This document shows, piece after piece, positions 1 through 7,271 of a DNA stretch of 9,483 nucleotides (position 1 is its first letter; every line of letters begins with the position of its first letter). A program made the translations under genes and the position numbers. This DNA is from a virus (Duplodnaviria > Heunggongvirae > Uroviricota > Caudoviricetes). The DNA lies in IMG/VR virus record IMGVR_UViG_2778261058_000006, positions 1 to 9,483 of that record. The stretch is one strand, 5' to 3'. The notes beneath the pieces were generated by a model. That model was not told where the DNA came from, did not search any database, and saw only the letters and a program-made list of their open reading frames with translations.

Positions 1-68
1 CACGACCAGGCTTAAGGACCACCAGCCCGAGTTCCGGTACCGGAACAGGTCGAAGCAATACCCGCACG

Positions 69-347
69 TTACCTCCAGATCCGTTGCTGGAATGTGCGGG
101 ACGGACGCGGTGGGCGTTCAGAGTAAGGCAGTCTGACTGAGATGATCCAGTGTCGGAAGTCGAGGCTGAGGTCTTTCTGAAACTCGTAACCACGTCTGCG
201 GTAGTTCTGAATCAGCCATTCGGCCTGTTCTTCAGTGCATGGACCATGCTGGAACCAGTCAGATTTGAATGCATGAGAACGCCGCCCGCGCCTGCTGGCA
301 AGGACGGCGAGATTATCAGAATTGTGTGATCTGGAATTTTGCGCCAT
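69..347 (-). CDS. Hypothetical prophage protein (92 aa); C-terminal third is low-complexity and may reflect a frameshifted or truncated gene
   Basis: ATG at 347..345 preceded by a GGAGAAAG SD-like motif. N-terminal two thirds look protein-like. Stop TAA at 71..69. The two other minus-strand frames stay open from about position 100 to the window edge. Confidence 0.35.
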   Translation of the reverse strand: MAQNSRSHNSDNLAVLASRRGRRSHAFKSDWFQHGPCTEEQAEWLIQNYRRRGYEFQKDLSLDFRHWIISVRLPYSERPPRPSRTFQQRIWR

Positions 348-413
348 CGGCTTTCTCCGGTGGCACAGTGTTACTCAGCAGGGGTTCGGCCCTGCGCTGA
401 ATTGTAGATGAAT

Positions 414-674
414 TCACTCATCTTCAAAAGCAGAAAAACCAGCCTTAAGCCCAGCTTCTTTCAGAGACTGCAATGATGTGACAAATTCATTTTCACGCAA
501 AATAAAACCATCCGTCACCAGTCCATCCACAAAGTAAATTAACGCCGCCCCACTCTTCCTTTGTTGAGACTGTAAACATTTAATACGGCAGTGGCTGACA
601 ATAGCGCCATTCTCAACGCGCACAGTATAGAGGCCATCTTCACTAAAAATTTCAACCAATTCTTCGATTTTCAT
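414..674 (-). CDS. Hypothetical small prophage protein (86 aa)
   Basis: ATG at 674..672 with a GGAAGGA SD about 9 nt upstream (the ORF-track start at 677 is TTG). Clean ORF downstream of the hok terminator. It sits where rem lies in K-12 Qin, but identity was not verified. Confidence 0.5.
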   Translation of the reverse strand: MKIEELVEIFSEDGLYTVRVENGAIVSHCRIKCLQSQQRKSGAALIYFVDGLVTDGFILRENEFVTSLQSLKEAGLKAGFSAFEDE

Positions 675-863
675 CAACAGAATCCTTCCAGATAAATAGC
701 ACTCCCCTGCTCGGGGTCCATCCCTCTTCTCCCTGCGCGCTACTTAAGAGCCTCGATTCTAGCCGTGAAGACATACCGATCAACAGCAATAAGCCACCTG
801 AATAACAGAATCAGCCAGCCACATCAGTACAACCAGATGCATCATGCTCACCGAAAATAAACA

Positions 864-887
864 ACAAAAAACCCGCCGAAGCGGGTT
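864..887 (-). terminator. Rho-independent terminator downstream of the hok-like gene
   Basis: On the minus strand: 7-bp GC-rich stem AACCCGC/GCGGGTT with TTCG loop, followed by a U-run (complement of the A6 run at 866-871). Confidence 0.6.
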
Positions 888-955
888 AAGTGCGGGTGCG
901 TTGAGGATGCCTGACACATCAGAGGTGGCGAGGGATTTCTCCCCCGCCGGGTCTC

Positions 956-1111
956 TTACTCCTCAGGTTCGTAAGCTGTGAAGACAGCGACCTCCGTCTG
1001 GCCGGTTCGGATTCGTACCTCGCAGAGGTCTTTCCTCGTTACCAGTGCCGTCACTATGACGGTTAAACAGATGACGATCAGGGCGATTAACATCGCCTTT
1101 TGCTGCTTCAT
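956..1111 (-). CDS. hokD: Hok/Gef-family type I toxin (51 aa, single-TM membrane peptide)
   Basis: Translation MKQQKAMLIALIVICLTVIVTALVTRKDLCEVRIRTGQTEVAVFTAYEPEE matches my recollection of E. coli HokD/RelF and is close to HokC/Gef. AAGGAG SD 9 nt upstream of ATG 1111..1109. In-frame upstream GTG at 1138 gives a Mok-like 9-aa extension (MPKGKEKQA). Confidence 0.85.
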   Translation of the reverse strand: MKQQKAMLIALIVICLTVIVTALVTRKDLCEVRIRTGQTEVAVFTAYEPEE

Positions 1112-1380
1112 AGCCTGCTTCTCCTTGCCTTTCGGCACGTAAGAGGCTAATCTTCAGTTGTCGAGACATAAGACTGGCCTCACTTCGATTTATAGTCGGG
1201 TGGGGCTTTTCTCTATCTGCCTTTGGTGGCATGCCCGAGACAGATAGCCTCAAGCACCCGCAGCAATTCTACTTAACTCTCCTTTTCCCGCAAACCGTTT
1301 TTATCCCCAACGGCAATTCGAATACACTACCAGCGCCACCGCCAGTGCAATTCCTACCGTTGTGAATGCTTCAGGCCAGG

Positions 1381-1947
1381 TCATCGTAAAATATCCTCCG
1401 CGCTTATCAGTCCGTTTCGCTTCAGGTAGACCATCGCCTTCTCCGGTAATTTGCAGTCCGGCTTCGCTTTCCTCAATTGGCTAACCAGTTGTTTAATCAG
1501 CATTGTTAATTCCCGTACCTGAACGTCCCTTTTGGTATCCTCATTGGTGAGGATACCATCGTCTTTCCCCTGAAGCATGGCGGCGCAGCAGGCGTTCCAT
1601 GAAATTTCCTGAAGGGAACGACGAATCTGTGTGCTGCATATACTCCTCCCTGACTCCTGGCTGTTAAACCATGTTTCAAATTCCGGCACTACCGTCGCTG
1701 GCGGAGCAGCGTATAGCGGCACGTATATTTCCGGTTCCTTGTCTGCTCCTGGTTGCCCTTCCAGTGAGAATGTCTTTCCGGTAAATCGATTCATATAAAG
1801 CATTGGCTCTGCTTCCAGTGATGCCAGTGCGATACGAAACACATTGGCAAGCAGGCTGTCTGAAGATTGGTTATCGTGCGCCGGGTCGCTCAGGAAACCA
1901 GTGATGAATGATTTAATCTCCGCGTTTTCTCTGGTAATAGTGGTCAT
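1381..1947 (-). CDS. Hypothetical prophage protein (188 aa)
   Basis: ATG 1947..1945 preceded by AGGAGA SD, which lies in the last codons of the upstream gene (stop 1951..1949). Long ORF on the operon strand. Confidence 0.6.
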   Translation of the reverse strand: MTTITRENAEIKSFITGFLSDPAHDNQSSDSLLANVFRIALASLEAEPMLYMNRFTGKTFSLEGQPGADKEPEIYVPLYAAPPATVVPEFETWFNSQESGRSICSTQIRRSLQEISWNACCAAMLQGKDDGILTNEDTKRDVQVRELTMLIKQLVSQLRKAKPDCKLPEKAMVYLKRNGLISAEDILR

Positions 1948-1948
1948 A

Positions 1949-2167
1949 TCAGTTCTCCTTATACGGATTAATTTTATTGTGCAGTGTGTTGAACAACGCC
2001 CATACCACGTCGTTATACAATTCAATAACTGGCTCAATTATTTTCCCGATTGCCCAGACAAAAATTAGCGGGGATATCGGTATCATCAACACGATAAACA
2101 GAATGAGAAACAAAAATTCTGTCGCTCTACTTTTTCGCGGATATTCTTTTCTGAATAATGTAGGCAC
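1949..2167 (-). CDS. Small putative membrane protein (about 72 aa, one predicted TM helix), AT-rich
   Basis: GTG 2167..2165 sits 6 nt after an AAGGAG SD and 1 nt after the stop of the upstream gene. Hydrophobic stretch FLFLILFIVLMIPISPLIFVWAIG. The ORF-track start at 2188 is a TTG inside the upstream gene. Confidence 0.4.
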   Translation of the reverse strand: MPTLFRKEYPRKSRATEFLFLILFIVLMIPISPLIFVWAIGKIIEPVIELYNDVVWALFNTLHNKINPYKEN

Positions 2168-2168
2168 A

Positions 2169-2528
2169 TCACTCTCCTTTGATGCCAATGTTTACAGCCT
2201 GGCAAGCCTCTTTGAGCACCCAGTCAACAGCGTCTTTCCATGCTCCGGTTTCGACTGGCGGATTTTCACGCTTAACCTGTTCATAGAAGCGCACTGCTTT
2301 AATCAATCCTTCTGGTGTCAGTGGCACAGGCGGGGCAGTGAATAACGCCTGAATTTCATAGCTCGGCCTGTCGTTGCAATCCTCTTTTGTCGGTACATAT
2401 TTCCAGTCACCAACCCACGACTCCCCCTGAGAGTCCGTAACGCCTTTTTTCACGTAGCGATATCGCCATGCAACTGGTTTTGCCTGCCCTGCCGTTTCAT
2501 GTCCTTCCTGATAATTAATCTCGCTCAT
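2169..2528 (-). CDS. Hypothetical prophage protein (119 aa)
   Basis: ATG 2528..2526 overlaps the stop of the upstream 58-aa ORF (ATGA). Clean ORF on the operon strand. Confidence 0.6.
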   Translation of the reverse strand: MSEINYQEGHETAGQAKPVAWRYRYVKKGVTDSQGESWVGDWKYVPTKEDCNDRPSYEIQALFTAPPVPLTPEGLIKAVRFYEQVKRENPPVETGAWKDAVDWVLKEACQAVNIGIKGE

Positions 2529-2701
2529 TCATCGCCCCACTCATCACAATATGCTTCGACCGGAGTTTTTCCTGCTTCGTAGTCATCACGCCATGCTTCA
2601 GCATCAGCGGCACTTCCACCGCGTAACTCTGCATAGTCCATTAACAGTTCATGCCATTCTTCAAAACTGACGTTGTATTTAGTTGAACCAAAATCAGCCA
2701 T
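2525..2701 (-). CDS. Small acidic hypothetical protein (58 aa), below the ORF-track length cutoff
   Basis: Hand translation gives MADFGSTKYNVSFEEWHELLMDYAELRGGSAADAEAWRDDYEAGKTPVEAYCDEWGDE. GAGGAAG SD about 9 nt upstream. Start overlaps the upstream stop by 8 nt and its stop overlaps the next ATG (ATGA), filling an otherwise unexplained gap. Confidence 0.4.
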   Translation of the reverse strand: MADFGSTKYNVSFEEWHELLMDYAELRGGSAADAEAWRDDYEAGKTPVEAYCDEWGDE

Positions 2702-2876
2702 TTTGTTCTTCCTCTTCGTCTTTTATTTCGTGATATGAGTAATTGCAGCAGTTAAAGAAAATTTCTTTTGCTTCGTCATGAATTTCATCAGGTGTTGCGT
2801 CATCGTCCACTTCGAATACATCCTCAAAATCTCCACCAGCTATTCCAGTTTCAATAATTATTTTGAACTTTCGCAT
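2694..2876 (-). CDS. Small acidic hypothetical protein (60 aa)
   Basis: ATG 2876..2874 (internal Met of ORF 2694..2957). A GC hairpin lies just upstream; the SD is weak (GGCGG). Confidence 0.45.
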   Translation of the reverse strand: MRKFKIIIETGIAGGDFEDVFEVDDDATPDEIHDEAKEIFFNCCNYSYHEIKDEEEEQNG

Positions 2877-3004
2877 TTCACTACCGCCCTTTCGGGCGGC
2901 CTCCGGATGATTTGAGGGTGCAGGAATCCCTCCGGTTAAGGATTTAATAAAAACCACTTCTGATTTAAATTTTCAGTGTTTTGTTGCCAGGTGATTTATC
3001 GCCT

Positions 3005-3316
3005 TTACGCTTCAGCCTTATTTCGCAACCAGACACAAACCGGGCCATCTTCGGTGTCATGTATTGAACCAATAAACCATCCATCGCCCTCTGGTCGTTC
3101 CGGTTTCCAGGAGGCAATATCGGGACCATCTGCATCAAGATTAAAATCATCTTCATCCATAGTTCTGATGGTCCATTGAAGATTATTTTCCTCCATCCAT
3201 GCGTTAAACTCTTCCGTTGAAATATGTTCTCTACCATCACAGAATTTTTCATATTCAGGATGCGTCCAGCAGCCATATTCATCACGTACTACTGGTATTT
3301 CTTTAATTTCATTCAT
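3005..3316 (-). CDS. Hypothetical prophage protein (103 aa)
   Basis: ATG 3316..3314 with GGGAGAA SD; overlaps the upstream gene stop by 8 nt. Confidence 0.55.
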   Translation of the reverse strand: MNEIKEIPVVRDEYGCWTHPEYEKFCDGREHISTEEFNAWMEENNLQWTIRTMDEDDFNLDADGPDIASWKPERPEGDGWFIGSIHDTEDGPVCVWLRNKAEA

Positions 3317-3563
3317 TTCTGTTCTCCCACGTTTTCAGACTTTCACCACAGAACGGACAAAATGAAACCCGCACTGGTGATTTAGAAAATTCACCGGAAC
3401 GCAACATCACCAAATCAGGGCCGCGAGTTAAACTCTCATTCCAGATTTTGTATATCAGCAGACCTTTTCGCGTCGTGTATTCAGCATCATGCTCAAGGGA
3501 TTTTGCCAGTGCTGCACATGGTTCTATCTTGTTGCCATTAATTTGGCATTTTGGCTCACTCAC
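3309..3563 (-). CDS. Hypothetical small protein (84 aa) with paired Cys motifs (possible zinc ribbon)
   Basis: GTG 3563..3561 with AAGGAGG SD 6 nt upstream; GTGA overlap with the upstream stop. Cys at C-x9-C near the N-terminus and C-P-F-C near the C-terminus. Confidence 0.55.
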   Translation of the reverse strand: MSEPKCQINGNKIEPCAALAKSLEHDAEYTTRKGLLIYKIWNESLTRGPDLVMLRSGEFSKSPVRVSFCPFCGESLKTWENRNE

Positions 3564-4198
3564 TGTTTACCTCCTTTTCGAAGCTGTTCGGCGATATCTT
3601 CGAGAACGCCATCAGAGAATGAGCGGTCAAAATCGCCTTCCGGCGCATTAGCCATAAACTCAGTAGAGGTAAGAATCATCCGGGCAATATCCGCGGCGTT
3701 CTTCGCAGTATCATCAATAAAACCAGCTTCCCAGGCAGCCAGCATTCTGTTCGCCACAAAGTAAGCGCCCTCCTTGCGTGCTTCAGTCTTCACTTCAGCC
3801 AAGAAAGCGTCGGTGGCTGGGGTTTGCGGCATCCTTCCGTCTATTGCGCAGATATACGCATCAGATAGTTCATCCTGCTCGCCATCAAACACGTAGCAAC
3901 TCTGTACGATAAATTTATTCAGCCCCGCATTCTCCGCCGCAAGCGCAGCAAGATTAGTCTCCAGCTCTGCAATGCGTTTGCTTTGGGCTTCCCGTTCATC
4001 CAACAGTGCCAGCACGGTAGCCGGATTGGCTGCTGCTATGAATCGCTTATTGGCGCGATTATCTGGTCCTGAGCATGATGCTATGTAGTAATTTGCGTTC
4101 AGTCCGGCATCAGCAATTAACCCATAATCATCAGAACACCATTCGCCAGGGGTTGCATTTTCTGCCGCCATTCGCAGTGCCTGGTAATTAATGTTGCT
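3560..4198 (-). CDS. Ea22/Ead-like prophage protein (about 212 aa)
   Basis: GTG 4198..4196 with AGGAGG SD 6 nt upstream. N-terminal motif [20 protein letters not shown] is typical of enterobacterial Ea22-like proteins (recalled family knowledge). Overlaps the upstream gene stop by 11 nt. Confidence 0.6.
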   Translation of the reverse strand, partial: SNINYQALRMAAENATPGEWCSDDYGLIADAGLNANYYIASCSGPDNRANKRFIAAANPATVLALLDEREAQSKRIAELETNLAALAAENAGLNKFIVQSCYVFDGEQDELSDAYICAIDGRMPQTPATDAFLAEVKTEARKEGAYFVANRMLAAWEAGFIDDTAKNAADIARMILTSTEFMANAPEGDFDRSFSDGVLEDIAEQLRKGGKQ

Positions 4199-4931
4199 CA
4201 CTGGTTTCCTCCTGGCAAAGCTGGGCGACAATATCGCGATATTTATTCAGCTCCCGCAGCGCGGCACAGACTCGCTCCCATTTCCGGATATCACTTTTCG
4301 CCCGACGCAGTTCGCGGTTTGCCTGTCGCAGCGATGGCAGAACCAGATTATCCACTCGCTTCTCAAGCGGCTGCACAATGTCCGCCACAGTTTCTGTTTT
4401 AATATCTTCCTGTGTTGCAGCTTCCTGTACTGGTAACGCAACACATGCAGGCTGAGGAAAGGCTTTACCATCAGTTTCCGCTACCGATGCCGCTTTCGGC
4501 TCTGCTGGTAAATTACCGCCCGGCATGCAGTAACGAAATTTACCGTTCTGATTAACACGAATCAGACGACCTTTGCTGATTGCCATTGCCAGCGTTGAAG
4601 CCACTTTGCGGGATGTTGTACCGAACAGCGTAGCCAGTTCATCCGCCGTTTGTGGTCCGCGTTGTTCAATCGTCGCGGTTAAATCGTACTCTGAGATTTT
4701 CGCCACTGTCGCCGTGGTGGTTTCTTCCGGCTGTTCTTCTGGCGCTGGCTGTTCCTGCTGAACGTTGTTATCAGCCACACGCCAGGTGTATACGCTTTTA
4801 TCAACGAAGCCAGCCTTTTTCAGTTCCCACAGCTCGTTCAGTACTTCTTCACGACTGATATCAAGTCGCGCAGCCAGCTCTACCGACGTGGCTTTTCCCA
4901 TCGCTTTCAGTGCGTCAAAAACAGTCTCCAT
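4188..4931 (-). CDS. Hypothetical prophage protein (247 aa) with two winged-helix-like segments
   Basis: ATG 4931..4929 with GGAGG SD about 9 nt upstream (the ORF-track start at 4997 is upstream of this RBS). Function unknown. Confidence 0.6.
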   Translation of the reverse strand: METVFDALKAMGKATSVELAARLDISREEVLNELWELKKAGFVDKSVYTWRVADNNVQQEQPAPEEQPEETTTATVAKISEYDLTATIEQRGPQTADELATLFGTTSRKVASTLAMAISKGRLIRVNQNGKFRYCMPGGNLPAEPKAASVAETDGKAFPQPACVALPVQEAATQEDIKTETVADIVQPLEKRVDNLVLPSLRQANRELRRAKSDIRKWERVCAALRELNKYRDIVAQLCQEETSEQH

Positions 4932-4965
4932 TAAAATTTCCTCCCGGTAAAAATTACTTCTCAAC

Positions 4966-5631
4966 TCAAACAAACCCAGCCGCTTTCCGGCGTTCATATT
5001 CCTGTTTCAGTAACTCAATTGGCGTTGGCCCCGACGGGCGTTTGGGTGCCGCCAGTTGTCGCCGGACTGGCGGAACGCTCAGGCCGTTACTAACATGCTT
5101 TGCCCATTTCGTCAGCTGCCGTTCTGCAAGCTGTTTTAATTCCCCTTCGGTCATCTGACGCTCAATCCCCTTATCACGCATCTCGAGGCAAATGTGATAC
5201 AGCACAGGCTGAGACCACGGGTACTTATCACTTCCGTCGTATCGCCAGGACTCATTGCGCCAGCGGCGGTACTCCTCCATCACAGCATCCACCGTCAGAC
5301 CAAATGGATTTGCCCCACTCTCCGAAATCAGCGCCACAAACTCAGCCAGGTCCGGAGGCCATGTTTCACCCGCCCGGCAGCGGTCCATGCACTGGCGGCA
5401 GACCAGCCGGATTTGCTGCTCAGTCATCGCGCCAATCTGTGCAATCCAGAGCTTCGAAGGTGCGGCCCCGTTCTTCTGGGTCCAGCGGTTCGAATAAACC
5501 TCCCCCATGAGTTCCCACAGCTTCCACGCCGTTTCCGTCGCTGATAAATCCGTTTTCACGTTCCCACTGCTCACGTGCTGCCCGAATTTCCTGAACTGCC
5601 CGTGATGCGGTGCCGCCTGGTGCTGCTGCAT
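4966..5631 (-). CDS. Lambda P-like replication protein (DnaB helicase loader)
   Basis: Recalled lambda P shares a YPW-containing segment and a similar C-terminus with this ORF. ATG 5631..5629 has a GGGGGTGA SD-like motif. Start is uncertain; alternatives are 5508 and 5427. Confidence 0.65.
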   Translation of the reverse strand: MQQHQAAPHHGQFRKFGQHVSSGNVKTDLSATETAWKLWELMGEVYSNRWTQKNGAAPSKLWIAQIGAMTEQQIRLVCRQCMDRCRAGETWPPDLAEFVALISESGANPFGLTVDAVMEEYRRWRNESWRYDGSDKYPWSQPVLYHICLEMRDKGIERQMTEGELKQLAERQLTKWAKHVSNGLSVPPVRRQLAAPKRPSGPTPIELLKQEYERRKAAGFV

Positions 5632-6460
5632 GGCTCACCCCCTTGCTGACTGGTTTAACCTGCGCCCTGACGTGATGTACGTGACGGGCGAATTTCTGCT
5701 CCCACTGAACCTGCGTGAAAACTTTCCCCTCCGCTGCCCAGTAGTCCCGGAAGGCGGCAAGTTCAGCTGGTGTAAATTCCGGCTCCGGCAGAGCCATCCC
5801 CCACAACGCAGCCCGTCGTCGAAAATCCCGTGACGGATGCCAGCTATCGGTCATCGGAAATTTTCCGATGGGCTCGCTCAGGCCATCCAGGAATACAGGG
5901 GATGTTGCCTGTAACGACAAAACTTCCTGCTCACTGGTCGGAGCACTCTCGTGTGCGTTATGTGTGGGGTTTAGATCTTTGGGTTCCTTTGGGTTCCGTG
6001 ATCCGTTTTTGGGTGTCTTTGATGGAAAATTTGGGTGTCTTTGGTTATTTTCCATGCAGAAAAGAGTTCCGTTTTTGGGGCTGTTTTGTGCTGAAACATA
6101 ACCGTTTTTGGTACTGTTTTTATTAACAGCACCAATTTTACCCACCTTTAAAGACTCCCGTTTTTGGGTGTATTCAGGCTCGGCAACACTTTCTTCTACA
6201 CCGATAAGTCGGTACACCACGATTTGCTTTGTTCGGCCTTTTCTCTCACCGGTATCAATAATTAACCCAATCTCCATCAGGTGTCGTAAGCTGTCCTGCA
6301 CAGTCTTTTTGTTCAGTTCCGTTACTTCTGCCAGTGCAGATACAGACGGGTATGCGCACAAATCGGCACCGCACATATCAGCAAGCCAGGTCAATACTGA
6401 CTTACTGGATGAACTGCCGGTTTTCACCTTTTTAGCCCATCGTAGTGCATCGATACTCAT
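5420..6460 (-). CDS. Phage replication initiator (O-like): N-terminal HTH, iteron-encoded linker, DnaT-like C-terminal domain
   Basis: Domain-like layout by eye. Iteron repeats lie inside the coding sequence, as in lambda O. Start is uncertain: ATG 6460, ATG 6523 or TTG 6535. Confidence 0.7.
   Translation of the reverse strand: MSIDALRWAKKVKTGSSSSKSVLTWLADMCGADLCAYPSVSALAEVTELNKKTVQDSLRHLMEIGLIIDTGERKGRTKQIVVYRLIGVEESVAEPEYTQKRESLKVGKIGAVNKNSTKNGYVSAQNSPKNGTLFCMENNQRHPNFPSKTPKNGSRNPKEPKDLNPTHNAHESAPTSEQEVLSLQATSPVFLDGLSEPIGKFPMTDSWHPSRDFRRRAALWGMALPEPEFTPAELAAFRDYWAAEGKVFTQVQWEQKFARHVHHVRAQVKPVSKGVSHAAAPGGTASRAVQEIRAAREQWERENGFISDGNGVEAVGTHGGGLFEPLDPEERGRTFEALDCTDWRDD
5978..6171. repeat. Iteron cluster (putative replication origin) inside the O-like gene
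   Basis: CCGTTTTTGG(G) at 6003, 6069, 6102 and 6159. TTTGGGTGTCTTTG at 6008 and 6031. Tandem TTTGGGTTCC at 5978 and 5988. Followed by a moderately AT-rich stretch at 6111-6150. Confidence 0.55.
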
Positions 6461-6983
6461 ACGAACCCCAGACAGATATTTGTTTATCTGCAAAGTAATG
6501 TTGGTATTGCTGACGATACGCATGCTTGAAAGCAATAGCTTTTTCTATAAGCTCGTCAGTCTCACGTTCCACAACAGCTGGATCCGCAAAAAGCAGCCCG
6601 GACTCCACCACATCGCCATATTCTTTGTTTAACCCGGCGATCATGTACGTAATGCTTTTTCCGTCAGTAATTTCACAATACAACCTGAAATCGCTGATCC
6701 GGATAGCCTCCATAATTGCCGGAATCAGCGCCGTGAATTTTTCCCGCTTATCCCTGGTGTCGATAGCTTTCCAGCGTTCAAATATTTTCACCCGGTTAAC
6801 GCCCAGTGCCCGTTGATCAACCGCGCCATCATCAAACGTGACGCGTTGAACATCAATGTTCGGGCGTTCTTTCAGAGCCCAGAATGCTTCCGTGATTAAT
6901 ATCGTCGCCTGCTCCTGTGTCATTCCTGGTCGGCATACCCAGGAATCCAGAGCCTCACAAGCCTGTTCAGGGGTGATTTTCAT
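6432..6983 (-). CDS. Hypothetical protein in the cII position of the early operon (183 aa); possible regulatory protein
   Basis: ATG 6983..6981 overlaps the 3' end of the DicC-like gene by 17 nt; its own 3' end overlaps the O-like gene. Weak SD; an alternative start is ATG 6923. Confidence 0.5.
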   Translation of the reverse strand: MKITPEQACEALDSWVCRPGMTQEQATILITEAFWALKERPNIDVQRVTFDDGAVDQRALGVNRVKIFERWKAIDTRDKREKFTALIPAIMEAIRISDFRLYCEITDGKSITYMIAGLNKEYGDVVESGLLFADPAVVERETDELIEKAIAFKHAYRQQYQHYFADKQISVWGSYEYRCTTMG

Positions 6984-7195
6984 TGTTCAACCGCCCCGCA
7001 CGCTTTGCCTTACGATATTCGTCATAAACTTTGGGATCGTACTGAAGCTCCCCGCCGGATGCCTCCTGTAGACGCATCGCGCGACCTTCAGGAACCAGTT
7101 CCCCCCATGCAGCAATGCTTGCCAGCCTAACTCCTGCGGCATTGGCAATGCTTTGTTTTGCTGCCAAAAAACGCTATAGCATCAATTTTCAACAT
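6967..7195 (-). CDS. dicC: DicC-like (Cro-analogue) repressor with an apparent +1 frameshift near the 5' end; possible pseudogene
   Basis: Strong AAGGAG SD plus ATG 7195..7193 opens a frame encoding MLKIDAIAFFGSKTKHCQCRRS, then stops. The conserved body (...AAGVRLAS...GRAMRLQEASGGELQYDPKVYDEYRKAKRAGRLNNENHP) is in the next frame, which has a stop at 7176..7174 and only a TTG at 7167 without SD. Confidence 0.6.
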
Positions 7196-7271
7196 ATCGA
7201 GCTCCTTAGATTTTCCTAAGGAAACTAGATCGTAGAGAAACCTAAGTCAAGAAAAATTAGAATTCCCTAAT
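7196..7271. promoter_or_regulatory. Divergent promoter/operator region between the DicC-like and DicA-like genes
   Basis: Perfect palindrome TCCTTAG-N6-CTAAGGA at 7203-7222, overlapping the DicC-like SD. Palindrome ATTAG-N6-CTAAT at 7256-7271, abutting the DicA-like ATG. Extra CCTAAG at 7241-7246. Confidence 0.5.

Noticed and set aside
963-1253. 96-aa ORF overlapping the hok-like gene in another frame
   Set aside because: Low-complexity, Arg/Pro-rich translation with no RBS-start pair. The in-frame GTG extension is the better Mok-like candidate; this ORF may simply mark the structured hok leader.
1112-1947. relB/relE antitoxin-toxin genes upstream of the hok-like gene, as in K-12
   Set aside because: The upstream ORF is a 188-aa protein unlike RelE or RelB as I recall them, and no roughly 80-95-aa ORF pair is present.
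1844-2345. Plus-strand ORFs 1844-2068 and 1977-2345
   Set aside because: Antisense shadows of well-supported minus-strand genes; no RBS, implausible composition.
2965-3764. ORFs 2965-3285 (-), 2976-3179 (+), 3448-3651 (+), 3489-3764 (+)
   Set aside because: They overlap better-supported coupled minus-strand genes, either in an alternative frame or antisense, and have no convincing starts.
5978-6171. CRISPR array, suggested by the short direct repeats
   Set aside because: The repeats are about 10-14 bp, irregularly spaced and inside a coding sequence. That pattern fits replication iterons, not CRISPR repeats with spacers.
4191-6816. Many plus-strand ORFs (for example 4191-4436, 4573-5158, 5100-5544, 5630-6126, 6108-6632, 6526-6816) and minus ORF 4247-4471
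   Set aside because: All lie opposite or out of frame to the O-like, P-like and neighbouring genes. They give Ser/Arg/Pro-rich translations typical of antisense frames in GC-rich coding DNA.
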